Positions 1 to 18,965 of a stretch of 64,000 bases of DNA are shown one piece after another. The first letter of the stretch is position 1; each line of letters opens with the position of its first letter. Both the position numbers and the translations under genes were made by a program. Source of the DNA: Trichinella spiralis (Eukaryota); NCBI RefSeq assembly GCF_000181795.1, contig NW_003526945.1, forward strand, positions 3,233,513-3,297,512. Reading direction: 5' to 3'. The notes under the pieces are model-generated. The model was not told the origin of the DNA. It was given only the letters and a program-made list of their open reading frames with translations, and did not search any database.

Positions 1-3494
<3,494 letters not shown>

Positions 3495-6400
3495 CTTCCA
3501 AATAGAACCACCAGCATGGACGAACATGATGCGTAACTGCATATGTGCCCTGCCTTAGAGCGCCAGAGGAACAACAAACTGAGCAATGAACAACACTGAA
3601 TACTACTGACCAGACGACGAGATGCACTTAGGGATGGGAAGAAATGGAACGTCTTTCAAAAACGATCGATTGGTTTATTCATAAAAATGCGAAACCACTG
3701 CCAACCAATCCCAAATGATGTAGTTCATCTTATGAATCATCTTCTCTATCGCGCAGACAAGACAAACACGTCACACCTAATGCCAAAAACACGTCCTCTC
3801 AAAGAAAGGTCGATGAATCATTCACTCGTTGCCACTGTTACAGCAAGCAAACAAATATCGCTCAAGTACAATACTCTTACAGTACTGACATTTCATCGAT
3901 TTATTCTTCTTGCACACCCCCGTGGAAATTCCACTAGATCGACCGGTTCAATTATTCCAATGCTATTCTCCATTCCAGCATTATCGCTTTATCGTTGATT
4001 AATCAACATTAGCATATTTTACAATGACAAATTTCACGCTGAGTAAATTTGAAAATTTCCACTATCATGCGTACAGTAACAGCTGAATCTGCCATTACAA
4101 ATGGAATCTTTGCAACGTTGAATTGCTGTAAATTTTTCCATTTTGCTGCAGATAAATATATTTTTTCCAACACCCACCCCCCACCCACTCAACGCGCAAC
4201 TATTTCTTCAACCAATACTGTCCAACAAAGGTCACCCATATCCCGTGATTTTTACAAAAGAAGTTGCATATTTTGCACAAAAATGCACAGCAAACTTTGA
4301 AATATTTTGCAAACTTTCAAAAAATATCTTTAAAATGCACTTGTTGAAATTTACGAAGTTGAACAAGCTTCCTTTATTCTACTGAAGAAACATTTCAACA
4401 CGCAACGCCCTGCTGTATAATTTATCATTCAAATATGGCATTTGTGTTGCAAATCACGAGAAAGCACAAATGAGAATGTGCAAAAGTGTTTCTTCTCACA
4501 GCGTTGCTTTCATTCAATATTTGCAAACATTCTTTTCAAGCATTCGCGTCTGTTTCAGTTGCAGTTGACAATTTTGGATCTATGTTCTTTCATCAGATAA
4601 TAATAATATTATTATTAATAATTGATGTAATTTCGAAGAGTTATGTTTCTGAACTTCAAACTGTATTTTGATAAAGCAGATGTTTTCACTTTTCATTACT
4701 TTTAGTTACTAAAACAATAAATAGCAAGAATAACAAGTGATAAGGAAAAAAGGTTACGCTTTGCTAATGTTTAGTGATAATAATCACTTTTGTTTGCTTT
4801 TCATGTGAAACAACTCACAGATGGAACAATGACAAATATTTTCATTTGAATAATATTTGCCTAGAAGACTCTGACAAAGAGTAAGAGATATTCTATTGTA
4901 TTTGATTTTTTTTATTAGTAAAAGACGTCACATTTTATGACCATTGTTAATCAGCGATTTAATTGACTTGCTACAAATATAATCAAATATTACTTCAATA
5001 GTAACTTATGTAACAAATCAACTATTCAATACTTTAAAATGGAAATAAATAAATAATAATTCTTTCAAATTTGCATTTATTTCTTAGAAGATTGCAAATA
5101 GCATAGAACACTTGAAAAACAGTGGACGTCATTTCATCATCGACATCATGAAACAATATATGTGTATTAGCTAGTTTATTTGGAATATTTGGAAATGTTA
5201 ATCTTATTCTTACTGTTTTATTTTTGTTTAATAAATTATTTTTGAATATTTTATATATTTTAGTTTTAAAAATGTGTTTCAATGAAATTGAAATATGAAA
5301 ACTTTTAGCCACACTGAAGTAATGCAATGATTAATGGAAAAGCAGCATGTGATGTGACAGATGCAACTCAGTCATTTGAAGATTAATCTTTTTTTATACT
5401 GCAATCTCAGTCAATTTTTTCCCCTTTGAAATTATTTTACAAAACAGATAATTTTTCATAAAATTTATCATATCATGAATATCGTGTAATAAAAATATGA
5501 ACTTCATTAGAGAATGAAAAGAAGTGCTTATAATATCTTCAAATTTAAGCAAGTTTTAACTTCAAGGAAATCAACCAACAAAATTCTTCCACCGGTTCGA
5601 AACAACTCGCACTCTGAACATCAATTTTGTACTTTTATTATTTGTTTGGCACATATTCTATAATTCCAACAAAAATCAGTACAATCGTCGTCCAGTACAT
5701 AGATAAAAGTCTTATCGTAGAATTCATCAAAAATCAAACTTGTTTGTTAATCTATAATTCAAAATTTTAACTTTTCTATTATAAAGTACTTTCGATCATT
5801 TTTAAACATCTGAAACGTCCAACTATGAAACAAATGCGCAACGTAAATGCCATCATCATTTTATTAAATTGCATTTGTTGCTTCTAGTAAAATTTTCCCT
5901 TTGGCTTCCTGCCTCCATTGTTCAACTATTGCATTTTTGTATGGGAATTTTAATGTATTTTTGTTATTTCAAATTGTTAAAAAATTCATGAATCTTTAAA
6001 AATTGTTTTAATAAAAAGGAACAATTTATTATATTACTTTTGTAATATTATCGGAAATGTAGTAAAATATTGCATGATAAAGCAATGACAGCAATGACGA
6101 CTTTTGATCAACATAAATCAAAAGCTGCATTAACAATGTCCCGTAAGACTAATACATTTTTTTAAATAATAGTAAAAAATTTTGATATGTCATTTTTTCA
6201 GTTTTATATTTTCAATATTACACGTTCAACAACAAACAGTTTCTATCAAAATTCACTGGAGTCATTTTTTACTTTATAATTTGAGTTAAAATTAAAAAAA
6301 ATAATTTTTATTTTTTTAATATCATTTAAAATGACCAAATTTCATATTTTAGCTTTAAAGAGAGTTTTTTGTTTTCATTCATATACAGTATAATACGTTT

Positions 6401-6776
6401 TCCAAAAATAATTAATCCTTGATTATCACTAAGTGCACTTTCATTTACCTTTTTCCGGTCAGTGTCGGTAATGTCCGTTTTCAGTTTTGCTATCAGTATG
6501 TGCCAAGTGGCCTTCGTCAGTTTGCATTGTGTTGTTTCATGTTTTTGTTTCGACATTGAACTGGGGCAAATAATTGTACTGTTTGAAAAAGAAATAGAAT
6601 TTTTTATGTTTTGTGTGTTAAAATCATGAAATTTTTTTGTCGGCGGGGTCTTTTTGCGTCAGCGTTAAACAGTTTGAATTTATTTAAAAATTAAATATGT
6701 TTTCTGTACTACATTTTTTAATTTGTCTAGACTATTTTAATCCCTTCAGTAATTTTTTAATTTAGTTTTACTAACG

Positions 6777-9700
6777 ATGGCAGATTCAATTGACAGTAGC
6801 GATGGAAGTGAAGACTACGATGCTTACAACGCAGAAACTTTTAATGTTGATATTCCAGGTGATGTTTTTTTGAAGTGGTGAGTCTTGTAAAAATTAATTT
6901 ATTTTAGAAGAAGAATGGGAATTTGGAGGTAGCGATGAAGAATTGAATTTGCCTCCAGTCGAAAATGAGCTGCATGAAGTAATATCAAATGAGTCCAACC
7001 ATTCTGCTTCAGTTCCGGTTAATAAAGATGCAGCTCAACGTACATTGCGTGATGAGAACATTAATGTATGCATTTTTATTGAATATTATTTTTTAGCATT
7101 ATCATTTAACGATTATGTTGCATTCATTTATAGTTATCTATCGTTGAATCAATCGAACACTTAGTTGATGAAGATGATGATCGTAGAGAATTTAATAAAA
7201 CATCTATTCCGCCCGTAAGTTATAGAATTAATGCATCGTATAAGTTTGATGTTAATATATATATATATATATATTAAGTTGTTTGATGTTAAATAATGAT
7301 CTTTCATTTTTTAATGGAATTACCTTTTAGACTTACTCGTCAGGAGAAAGATCATTTATCGCTTCCGTCGGTGGGTCACAGTTTCGCGACTTACCGAAGT
7401 CATCTTCATTCTGGGAGGGAAATTCGCCTTTTGCTATGCACTGTAAAAATTTCAGCACTATTTTTATTCATATTTTTGAAGTGATTTTTTTAAGCTCAAA
7501 GATATTTGAAACCCGAATTAGGGTTTTCTAGTGATTTGCCAGCAGGACAAGAAGCCAATCTGTTGAAAGGCGTGAAAACACTTGCACAGGTGGAACAAGA
7601 GCTCTTATCGCCGAATGTCTTCGATATTCAGAAAAAAGATGAAATGCCAGATATGTTTTTGCATCCGAACTCTGCCTTTGGCATTCATCATGAAAACAAT
7701 ATGAACGCACTCACGGAAAATCAGCGGCCACCTTTCAACAACGAGCAAGACATAAAGCAGTATCGAGGAAGTTCTATTCAAAAGCTGCCTTCGTACACAC
7801 ATGCGCGAAACGCGCCCTTTGGTCCTGAAGCGTTATCTCGTTGGCAAATGAATTCTCGTAAGTGTAAATCCATTTTATAGCATTATATTTAACGAAGTTT
7901 AATGTAATTTATAAATAGATTGCTGTTCTTTTTCTTCATATACTAATTATATTTTAAGTTATAAAAACTATTGTGAAATTTAGTGCATGTACATTATGTA
8001 TATTGCGTTTTTTTTGAAATTACTAGTATATATCAGATTAATATTATATTTTTTGTTTATATTTATTTTTTAGCATCAATTGTTTCATACTTATTCACAA
8101 ATTTACTTTTCAAATTCAGTAAGGTGAAATTAAGGGTTACTGTAAAAATTTAAAGTATAAAAAGTGCATGTTTTAGATGTAAAATTGTCATAGAATTTGA
8201 TTGTAATTTTCTTTTTCTAATAGCATTAGTTGGAAAAGTTGACTTTGTAATAGTTGTATAATTTTTAAATTATTTATTTCTTCTGTAATATAGGTGTAAT
8301 TTACAAAAAAATGAATTGTGGTTTTTGTTATGTTTATTCCAAAGTATTTATTTGATCTGAAGATGAATGAATATTATTATATGAATTTTTATGAGTACTT
8401 GTTATTGTTAGTTTTATTTATTTAAATTAATTTAGTCATGTTTGGTCGTGCTATGCCACCGCTCCATCGACCAGGATATGCGCCAGTAAATCGTCCAATG
8501 ATGCAGCAGCCTTTTATGCCACCGTAAGTAGTTTTTGTATTCTGTGAAAGGTATTTGTAACATTATAATTACTATATGCAGTTTTATAGATTAGATTGCT
8601 AATTATCGATTTTGATTAACCTGTTTTAACTCAAAAAAACACTTCATATTTAGGCACTATATGCCGCCATTCCGTGGTATGCCACCGTTTGTACACCATC
8701 CAGTAATGAGAATGCCCAACAGCCGACCTTTCTGGCCCGGTATGGATTCTCCTGCCCGGTGTTTGCCAAATGTGCGTCGTGCACAAAGGAATGATCGCGA
8801 TTTGATCATGATGACTCGAACGGAACAGTGTCTAGTTCACAATATTTTAAAATCGAGCATTGAATTTAAAAATCCGGAAGATGAAGATTATTATTATTTG
8901 GTATGTTGAAATTGAATTATGTTGTATAATTAAAGCTTCAGGTTGAACTGCCATTTATTTATTTAATTATTTCCATTCAGAACTACTGTAAGAAGAAAGG
9001 CTGCAACGCAACCGAATCATCGCAGTTCGAGGAGGGTTCAGGCTCAAATCGAAAAGATTACTCACCACGTACATTTTTTGATTTAATACTTTTTTGATTG
9101 CATGTAATTTTAATTTTTGTGCGTTTCAGCTGATTTTGAAGGAGTACTGGGCAAACTGCGCATGCAACCAATTAGTGCAGCTGCACCTCGTCTTATGTTT
9201 AACGTTTCTTCGGCATTGAATATGAAAGATGGCATGCTTTGTGACGATTCATTTAAAGGCACATTGAAGAATTCGTTGCGCAACTTGCTGCTTTACATTG
9301 AAAATTTAATTATACTTTTCAAACAAGCTACCGAAGTGCTCATGTAAGATTCGATTCACATTTGGAAACGTTTTGAATATATATACGTATGTATATTTTT
9401 GTTTTACTTCTTTATAGTCCAGAAGAACGAGAAAAGGCAATGGAAATTTTGAAGGAGAACATGTCAGATTGTCAAGTTTTGGTGCCATTGCTCATGATAA
9501 GCAAGGGTCAACGATTGTTCAATTCCTATTTGAAAATATATGCAGTAAATACGTGAAACTGCTTATTTAAGTTAGATATTTTAAAAATTGTTTCATTTTT
9601 TAAGAATAACTTTTTGGAATTGGTAGATTATTTCCACAGTATGCACCAATCTTTATTGTTTAAACACAATTTTGATGAAAAGGTAATTTTTTGTATTATC

Positions 9701-10191
9701 ATTTTTTTTGTTTTTTCTGTTCTTTCATCTGTGCACTTTGAAAATGAAATTCAATTTAACTTATTGAATTAATATTTGAGGAATTTACGGCTATGTTGGT
9801 TACCATTCGTAATTGTGCAAATGGAACGAAAGTGGATGCGTCGGATGAAGATCGTATTTTTGAGATGTTCAAGTACTTTTACAACATGCAACCGTTCAAC
9901 AGCTGGCAGAAGAATCGATTTTACTATTTTATTTTTATTCACCTGCTGCTGTATATTCCGAAATTAGCTAACCTTGATGCGCAGAAGTTAGTTGCTGTGA
10001 TTGATAAGCAGGATTGCTTTTATTTTTAATTTGCTTTGCTTTTCAGATGTCGTATTTTTTTGATATTTTGTCAAAACGTGCTTTCGGCCCGTTGTCCTTT
10101 GACCAAGGAAGATTTTGCAGCTTTGGGTTTTCAGAGCGTTGAAAGCATTTTGACACCGGCGATGGATTTTATGGCAAAACGGCTGAATTGA
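6777..10191 (+). CDS. Pat1/PATL1-like mRNA decapping activator, multi-exon
   Basis: Acidic N-terminus EDYDAYNAETF...EEEWEF resembles the Pat1 N-terminal motif. It is followed by KTLAQVEQEL, a Pro/Met-rich region, MMTRTEQ...NPEDEDYYY, and FEGVLGKL...APRLMF. Internal exon boundaries are approximate. Confidence 0.72.
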
Positions 10192-11772
10192 TTGAATTTT
10201 GATTAATGAAGCAGAAGAGAGAGAGAAACCTGAAGAGATTTGTGTTTTTCTTTTTTTATTATAAGTGGCATATATATATTGTTGCACTGTAGCATTTTTA
10301 GTCACAACACGGATTACTTATTTAACATTATCCATGACATGCTGTTTTCTTCTTATTGTTCTTATTTCTCAATAAAGTATTTTACCATGTATGTATGATC
10401 ATATTATTGGTTGTTGTTGTTGTTGTTACAAATACATATAGAAATTGATTTATTTATTTTCAAGTATTATTTTTGCTTGTAATAGCAGTGTTATTATCTT
10501 GTTTTACATTTCGGCAACAACAAAGAAATGGAATATTTTCTTTTACGAGCTGTATGCTGAGTTGGTATGGATGAATATGATCAATTTGGTTGATTTATGA
10601 GCAGTTGGAAAATCGTCAACGCCGGATGTGTGCAACAAAGAAATAAATTTTCAAAGTTCTGCCAAGCAGGTAGGTAGGTGTTGTTGCTTTCTTTTTTTCT
10701 CTTTGTCAACGCCGTCTATCAAAAAGCATTGTTGCAGTGTTTTTCATTTGGCAGATTTTTTTGAAAATTATCCATTAGCTTGCACTGATTTACTGTTTGT
10801 TGTTATGCGAAAAATTTCACACTGCATTTACTACCATCGTCGTTAACTGTTTGATTAATATTGTTGAATAGGGGTTGTGGTTGGGGTTGTTCAGATAATT
10901 AATTTCAATCAATTATTAATAATTTAAAATGAAAATAATTATTTATAAATATCCCTCTATGAAGAATAGCAACAGAAGAAAAGAAAAGTAAAAGCCACTT
11001 GTTACTGAATCATAGAGCACTTGTTAATCGAATAAGACACGTGTAATGTAAAATTCCGAACAGTTGCTTTTTCAAAATTATTCAAATATTGACAAGTTTT
11101 ATTTTTAAAAATTATGACAGTTTGGAAAAATTTGTTGAAAAAAAAAGAAATGGATTAATAAAATATTTTTGAAAAGTTGATATTTGAAAAAAAGAAAAAT
11201 TTGTCAGAATGAAAACCAATAAGAGCAAGAAGCATTGTTATTATAGGTGTTGTTTCTTGCCGAATAATGCCAGTTGTGCATCTTCCATTTGACAGGGTGG
11301 TGGTGGTGGTGGGCGGTGGGTGGTGGCGCTTGTGCTTCTTGGTCGTTCAACTTGCACCGCTTTGTTGCTGTGGCTTCTTTATTCAACGTTCGGCTTTGGC
11401 CAATTCTTCAACATTACACACGCCTGTCCATTCGTCAGTTGCACCTACCAGTTGTTGTGCTAGCTGCTACCCCCACCCCATCCCCATCTTACCTCCCACA
11501 CCCCTCGGCTGGCAAGGACAGTTGCCAGACTCTCTGTTGGGCCATTTTAAGCTCGCAGCTGCCGTCAAAGACGAACAATGGAAGCCGCTTTGGCAGGCTT
11601 ACATCCAAGTCGCCTGGCACGTTGGCAAATTGACAACAGCCGATCCTTTCCAATTTCCAAATCAACAATTCACAAGCAAAACCGATCAGTCAGTCGCTTT
11701 GGCGGTTGCTTGGTGTGAAAAGAGATTCAAAAGACAAAGTTATGGAATGGCATTGTTGATTTTGTGAATGCG

Positions 11773-11857
11773 ATGCTTACAATTAGCAGACAACAAACCC
11801 CACATTGCCACGGACTGTCATCTCATGGAATTCGTCTATCCTCTTACATTCATGAAG
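11773..11857 (+). CDS. Candidate alternative first coding exon 1a of the PTP gene (MLTISRQQTPHCHGLSSHGIRLSSYIHE)
   Basis: ATG-led open frame ending GAA G|GTAAGA (strong donor, phase 1), matching the phase-1 acceptor at 27874; preceded by a GC-richer island. Confidence 0.55.
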
Positions 11858-14800
11858 GTAAGATGAAAAACAAAATATTTTCCTTGTCTTATTTCAATTT
11901 TATTCTCCAGATTATTTAATTTTGCTTATTATTTACACTGTTGCATTTCAAATACATAAGCAAGTGTAGTAGTGGTAGTTGTTGGTTTTTTTAAAATACC
12001 TTCCGTCAATTGACATCATTCACACACAATATTGCTGCTTTATTTCTTCATATGGCTATTTAAATATTCCAAAAGAGGTCATTCTGTGATATCAACGAAA
12101 TTTTGAGCAGAAATCCAATTTACAACGAAATATTTATTTAATTTAAATTTCAACCTAATTCTCATTTTATAAAGTTATTTCAAACTGAGAATGTAAAAAA
12201 AAAGCATACGTTAGTCGTCTGTTGCTTCTCACCGAGGTTTATATTTGGAAAAAATCTTTTACTTGGCTAAGTGGTTTTATTATTTCATTGTATATTCAAA
12301 TTTTCTATAATAATAACTCATAACTTTGCTTATTATGATAATGAAAAATTAATCCGTATGCAGAAAAGTTTTTTTTCTAAATACATAAATTTTAAATCAT
12401 TACAGAATTTTACGTAGATTGTTTTTTTCTCAAAGCTGGCCATAAAAAATTTTCTATTTCAAACATACACAAAGTATATGATGAAAAATCTAGAACTATA
12501 AATTTTATTTTAAATAATTAAAGGTCATTCAGGCACATTTGAGATGTGTCATTTTAAAATACTTGAATATAGAATATTGTACTGTAAAACGGAGGATATT
12601 TTCATCCAATGACAAAAATGTTGTCTTAGTTTGTTTATATCATCTGTCGGAGGAGCGAAAAATTGGTGTTTAAGTAAAATTTGCTTTCTCAAATAGAAAA
12701 TGGGAAAAGTGTATAATAAGTGAGAGAAAAAAAAAACCAATGGTGAAAAGTTGAAAAACGAAAATGAAGAAAATGGTTAATACTTTTGATAATTGTGTTT
12801 GATTTTCGATTGATGAGAGGTTGAGTTGGGCTTCCATACTGAGAAGCCTAATAATAATAATTATTATTATAATAATTATTATTTGAGAATTTCTTTTGTT
12901 GAACAGAGTGAATGTTATATCTGGAAGGTGAGCTGAATTTCAATTTTCTTCTGAAATGGAATATGACGAAATGAATTGAACGGGGGTAAATTTTTGCAAT
13001 ATGCACGAAATATTTCTTACTTCTTTAAAACCAGCGCGAAAGTGAAGAAATATTCCATTCCAGACATGTGCACATTATTAACATGCGAATAGGAAATGCT
13101 GCCAATTGTCGTGGAACACCCGCAGGACTAGGAAGGCATGCATGGTGTAATTAACCTCCAGGCACGCACACCAGAGACAAATTATGATTTCAAGATGTTT
13201 CGATTATTGCAAGTTTGATGTAAAAGATGGTTCTGGCTTTGCTGATGCTTTCTTTTCTCCTTCAGTACCGACATTTATTTTTCTTTTTTCTATCTTGCTC
13301 TGCTTGCTTCACCTCTACCCACAGCATTCTGGCGTTTTGTTGAAACTCTCTTTTACATATATCTGTTTGATTACAAAACTATCTGACATCTGATTATTGA
13401 ACCGTCATGCCATTTTATATTATCTCATACATGTGGCAACATCACCTTTTGCAATCAACCCTTTGCAATTATTCTTATCTGATATCTGATGTCTGTTGAT
13501 GATGATGATGATGATGATGATGATGCGTGTTCAGATTTTGTCATTTTTCTAAAAGTGATCTGTTGTCAATTTCTTAAAACTCATTTTCCCCGACGTCATT
13601 ACACACAGCTTAGTCGATCAGGATAAATTTCCACATTTAATTGAAATTTCAAAAAATTTCATCTCATATCTTTTGAAAGTTTTTTTCCATTGCATAAATA
13701 TGAAATATTCACTTGAACATTTTTGCAATAGTTCATCATTGCAACGGTAATATAAGTTTTACTCATTGAGGGATTAGCGTGTTTCAAAGCAATGTTTTAA
13801 GCAATGGACATTCTTGCATCTAAAAATTTATTACATTTACACACACACACACACACACACGCATGTATTAAATAATGTAATTTATAATATCAGTGTAGAT
13901 TCTGAAGTTCATGGCTCTTTTGTGAGAAAAAAAAGGCATTTTCAATATATTTCACAGAAGTTGTTTTTAAAGATGTTTTTCAACGTAATAAGTATTGATT
14001 TTATTATTAAATGGTTTTTTAATTGGTTCATGTTCTTCAATTGGTCATTTATATATTTATTCTTGTGATTTATCAACGTCTGCTTTAATATCATTCAGCT
14101 TCATCTTGTACAGATAAAAAAGATCAAATTTTTCAAATCCACCGACGTGTTTCCAGGTTTGACCATTGCTTTTTGACACTTTTTGAGCAGCAGAGAAATT
14201 GAAATTGTAATAACAATTTAGCGAAACAGTATTGCAACGGCACGGAGCACAGGATGATTGTTTTCAAAACTTATGGGACGGTGATGATTGAGCTTTTTTT
14301 TAATTTTCGAGGAACTTTTGTTTTGTTCATTGATTGAATTTCAACGCATCAATCGCTGCATTTAATCGATTATTTCCATCATTGTCAATAAATGAATAAG
14401 CTAATTTGTAATTTTCTGAGATTACGAACAGTATTTTTTGTTTCTTTTCTTTCTGTTGTGGTTTATTTTTGCAATATTTTCTTACAAACCGTTTCAACAA
14501 TACAAACAGTGGTACATAATAATTCTTGGTAATTCTTGATTCTATTAGCCAACGTGAGCAAAGTTGCTTGCATTAGCTGTGCAAAGTAAGATACAAGCCG
14601 GTATTGCCGTTCTTCAGCGTCCAGTTTCAGTGAATAACAGAACAAGAATGAAGATACTGAGCAAACGTTAAGCAATTATGTAAATAAGTAATTAATGTCT
14701 AATCGTTGAACAACTAGCCAAAGCGTTTATGCATAAACTGATTGTCAGCAATTGCAGTAAATAAACACGAATTCTTCATTCGAGAATACAATTGTAGTTA

Positions 14801-15720
14801 GCAGTAGATGTGAAGATGTTTCGTCGTTTCTTAAAAAAGAAACAGTTCTGTCGAATAGATTTCAATTAGTCAAGATTCGATGCTATGCTATATGCATATA
14901 TATATATAGTTTTGCTGTAAATCAGTTTTGAGCATGCTTTGACGAATGAAGCAAGCAAGCGAAGTGGATTTTCAAGCATTGTTGTCAAATAGCAATCGTG
15001 TAGTAGTAATGTTTCATTAATATTTTTTCTCTGTCAAAATTAAAAAAAGGATTTTTGCTTTTTTTTGCTTCTTCTCCATAACAGTTTGCAAAAGTAGGTT
15101 TCCAATAATTGCAAGAAATCTGGAGAGCATTGAAATCAAAATAAAGTGATACTATGTTGAGTTTTAAGCATCGAACGAGAGCAATAAACTGAAAAGACTT
15201 GTTTATTTTGAACGATTGCATACAACAAGTATGAACGTCCAAGTCGCTCATTTGGAAGCTATTAAGCTTTTTGAAACGATAATTATTTCCAATTTGAATT
15301 TTCCTTTCAGTAAAGAGGGAGAGAAGGAAAGAAAATAGAATAGCTCAATCTCAGGGAATGTTTTGTTTACTGAAATTAGCAGCACTAGAGCATTCACTTC
15401 AGTATGCAAATTATCTACTACACGAGAGATGTCGTTAGCAATGGAGCGTGGTGGAGATGTGAAATTTATTGAGCAAACAGTTATTTCAAAATTAATTTTT
15501 TCCAAAATTTCACCCGACTGCATTGCAATTTTATTCCAAAGTATGTTGTTGTCAACTTTAAAATTTTTATCTTCAATCAGCGCTTTTCAATTATTTCAAG
15601 TTCAAAAGTTGTTTGATGTTTTAAAATTTCATTTTCCAAAGGTTCTTACATCGTAAATTTGTGCTTATTCGATTATTAGAGCGATGTGAAATTCCCTTCT
15701 TTTCTTTTTTGAAAAATAAA

Positions 15721-15760
<40 letters not shown>

Positions 15761-18700
15761 TCCCATTTGATGATGCTTAACTGGTTGGTTTTATTTCTTT
15801 TTTGTATTCTATTTGGCTTACAAATCGTCCACGCATTTTAGCTTCTAGGCCGTTTCCAAATCAGTCGATCCTTTGGTGTCGATTCATTTTTCTGATCGAT
15901 TGGACTTTACAAACCAATTTATCTGCTATGCACATGGAAAAATTGAGCTTTTCAACCATAGAAGTGACGTGCAAAATTTTTAAATGTACACTTGCAAAAT
16001 GCAAGTTTGAATTTCTCTTGCAAAACTCCACTTTGAAATGTTGTTTACGTGTGTGAGAGACAAAAAATACAAGGAGAGAATTATTCCCTTTGACGTAATT
16101 TTGCAAGATCTGTCTAAGATGTGCATGCAATTTTGGATATTTGATTTTGGATAAATTTTCAAAATTCATTTAATACGGTCATTCTGTCTCGTAAAGTATG
16201 ATTTATGAACACTTGAATTCAGTTCCTCTCTCTCTCTTTCTTTCTCTCTGTTTGCGATATCAATATTTTGTATTGCCCTTTTTTCTACTCAGAATAATTG
16301 AAAATTTTGTTGAAGCACATTAATGAATACATATGTGGTACATTCTGTAGTAATTGTGTCAACTGGAACTGCTTTTGTGTATAATAATTTAAATTTACCA
16401 AAATTGCATTCATAATTGTTTTGTTTTTTATTTATTTTAATGTAAATCAATTGAACATTTTTCATCTTGAATTGCAATTGTACCTCATATTGAAATACTG
16501 TTGTCAATTGGTCGAATATTCTTATCTTATTTGGAGATGAAATGCAATTCTAAAAGCAGATAAGTAAGCATTATTCGAGGAGTATATTTTTGCAGTGCAT
16601 GCGTTGGTTTACAGTGGCTTCGACTTCTCGGCTAAGGAAGGAAAGCCATACTGTGCACATTTCCATCAAGCTCACGTGGATATTAGCTTCTGTGTACAGT
16701 TGTAGGAGAATAAATAAATCATATGGTCATCTTCTCAACAGTTATCAAAATTAATACTGCTGCCACTGATTATGATCTGATCAAAAGTGACGCTTTGCCA
16801 AGAAGTTTGCTGTGAAATTGAATCCGACGTTATTAATTGTCGTTGCAATTTTGCGTCAACAAACAGGTTTGTTTGTTTGTTTGCTTGTTTGCTTAAATTT
16901 TCATCATTCAAAATATCTCTGCTTTGTTTTTGAATTGGAAAAATTTGTTCGACAGTTACAAATGCTCGTAAGTTATTTTTTGTAAAATAATATGCAGAAG
17001 ATGAACTTTTGGTTGAGAGGTTCTGAAAAATATAATAATAGCTGAGGTGAAGAGCTTAATCAAAAGAAAAACATGAAAAAAGCCAAACAACGATTGAAAT
17101 TGCATGTATGGTTGATAATTGAGCCAGCATGTCAGAGGCGTCAAATCAACTATGCCCATGGCAACAGTCGATCATTCAGCTTTAATCACATTCTGCATTG
17201 CAAAGTGATGCCGAACGAAACGTCAGAATTAATCACTTCTTCTCAGACAGCAACTTCACCACAAGTGCTCACGTTTTCTCTGTTTTTTTCTTCTCTCTGC
17301 AAAGCTATCTATAGAACACTATCGAAAATCGCACTTGTAAAAGATAAAAGGCGATAAAACACAAATCAAACCACATGAAGCATTGTAAATTATATATTAT
17401 ATGCAAAAACATTTTTCATCTATTACAATATTCATTTTGTGGTGATTCATCCAGTTATGTGAATCTGAACAATGAATGAAGTTGGAAAGAATTTTCGAAA
17501 AATATTTTTATCATATTACTTTAAAATTCAAATTTCATTGATCTACCCAGTTTTCATTTGTTGTCGTCGAAGCGAGCAAGAAAGCGAAATTGCCAGCTGG
17601 TTTACTGATGATGACGACAATACAAATGATAATTCAACTATTCAGAGGTTTTTGTTGAAGATAACACGCATTAGAAGCAGTGGTGAAAATTCTTTTATCT
17701 GTTCTAAGTTTGGATTAGATTTGCAACAACACATGATTAAGCGTGATTTAAAGCGGCGTTCAGGCGGAAATTGTTTTAGGCAAAATTATCTAGTTTACTC
17801 CGACGGGGGAAGGGAGGAGAGGGAACAGGGGAGGGATGAGAGGGTTTGGAGAGGTGGGGAGAGAAATGGAGTTGAAAAAGTTGGAGGAGAGATGATGCAA
17901 AGTTTTAAAACTGCCTTCTCGCTTCACGAGGTCTTAGGCTTGGTGAAAATTGAAAAAGCAAACTAGCTAGCTTGGTGTGTTGAATTTGCAGCTGCTTCAC
18001 CAATGAGCTAGTTAGCCAGCTAGCTGACTATTCTTTCTCTCCTCGCAAATAAATTCATCTGAAAAAATCTAAGCTTTCTATTATTGACAGTTCAATTTTG
18101 TTCTGTTTTTTTAAGTTTCACGGTTAAAAATTATCATTGAAAAATGCATTGACGTATATAATTGAAAAATGTTCAATAGTGAAAAAAATGCGCTGTCACC
18201 TACATCAAAGTGTTGGTAGATTTTTTGTATATTTCTTGTGGTGAATGCGAGGAAATTTTTCTATTTTGTCTTGAATATCTCGTTCGAATATCTATTTCAG
18301 TGACAACTAGCGTTTGAAAGGAAATGCAATCACAAAAATTCGCCACCAGAATACTTGTTCAACACTGATACTTTTCAAAGCAAAAATGCAACTATTTCAA
18401 TCGCTTGCGACACTGAGCATTTGATGTCAGTTTTATTTGAAAAGTTGCAATATAAAATTATCAAAAGTTTTAAAATTTTGCAATACTTATTTTTCTTACT
18501 CATTAATTGGACTACAAGTTATAGGGTAACAAGTGTTTTAAAACGTATACCCATTTGAGTATGGTTCAGAAAAGAATTTGACATTGTTAATTATCAAATA
18601 GAGACAACAACAATTTTGTAATAGTATTAGCAGCCGGCTGCTGTGGTATTTTCTATTGAACGCGTAGAAACAAAAATTGCAATCCATTGTAGCTTCAATT

Positions 18701-18908
18701 TAAGCATGAAGTGCATAAGCTGAAATTTCGAAATAAAACTGTTGAACTGAAAAAGAAAACAAGAAAAAAATAGCTGCTAGTAAGCATGTTTATCAAAAGT
18801 TTTAAACTACACGCATGCATAGATAGATGAAACAGCAACTTGATATGAGTGAGGATTAAGCTTGATTTGCGCGTTGAATAAATAGATAATTGAAAAATTT
18901 TTCAACAA

Positions 18909-18911
<3 letters not shown>

Positions 18912-18960
<49 letters not shown>
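18912..18960. repeat. (TA)n microsatellite
   Basis: Directly visible, about 24 units. Confidence 0.95.

Positions 18961-18965
<5 letters not shown>

Noticed and set aside
11267..11767. 166-aa and 119-aa ORFs in a GC-rich island
   Set aside because: No domain-like content or splice support; better explained as promoter/5' UTR of PTP exon 1a.
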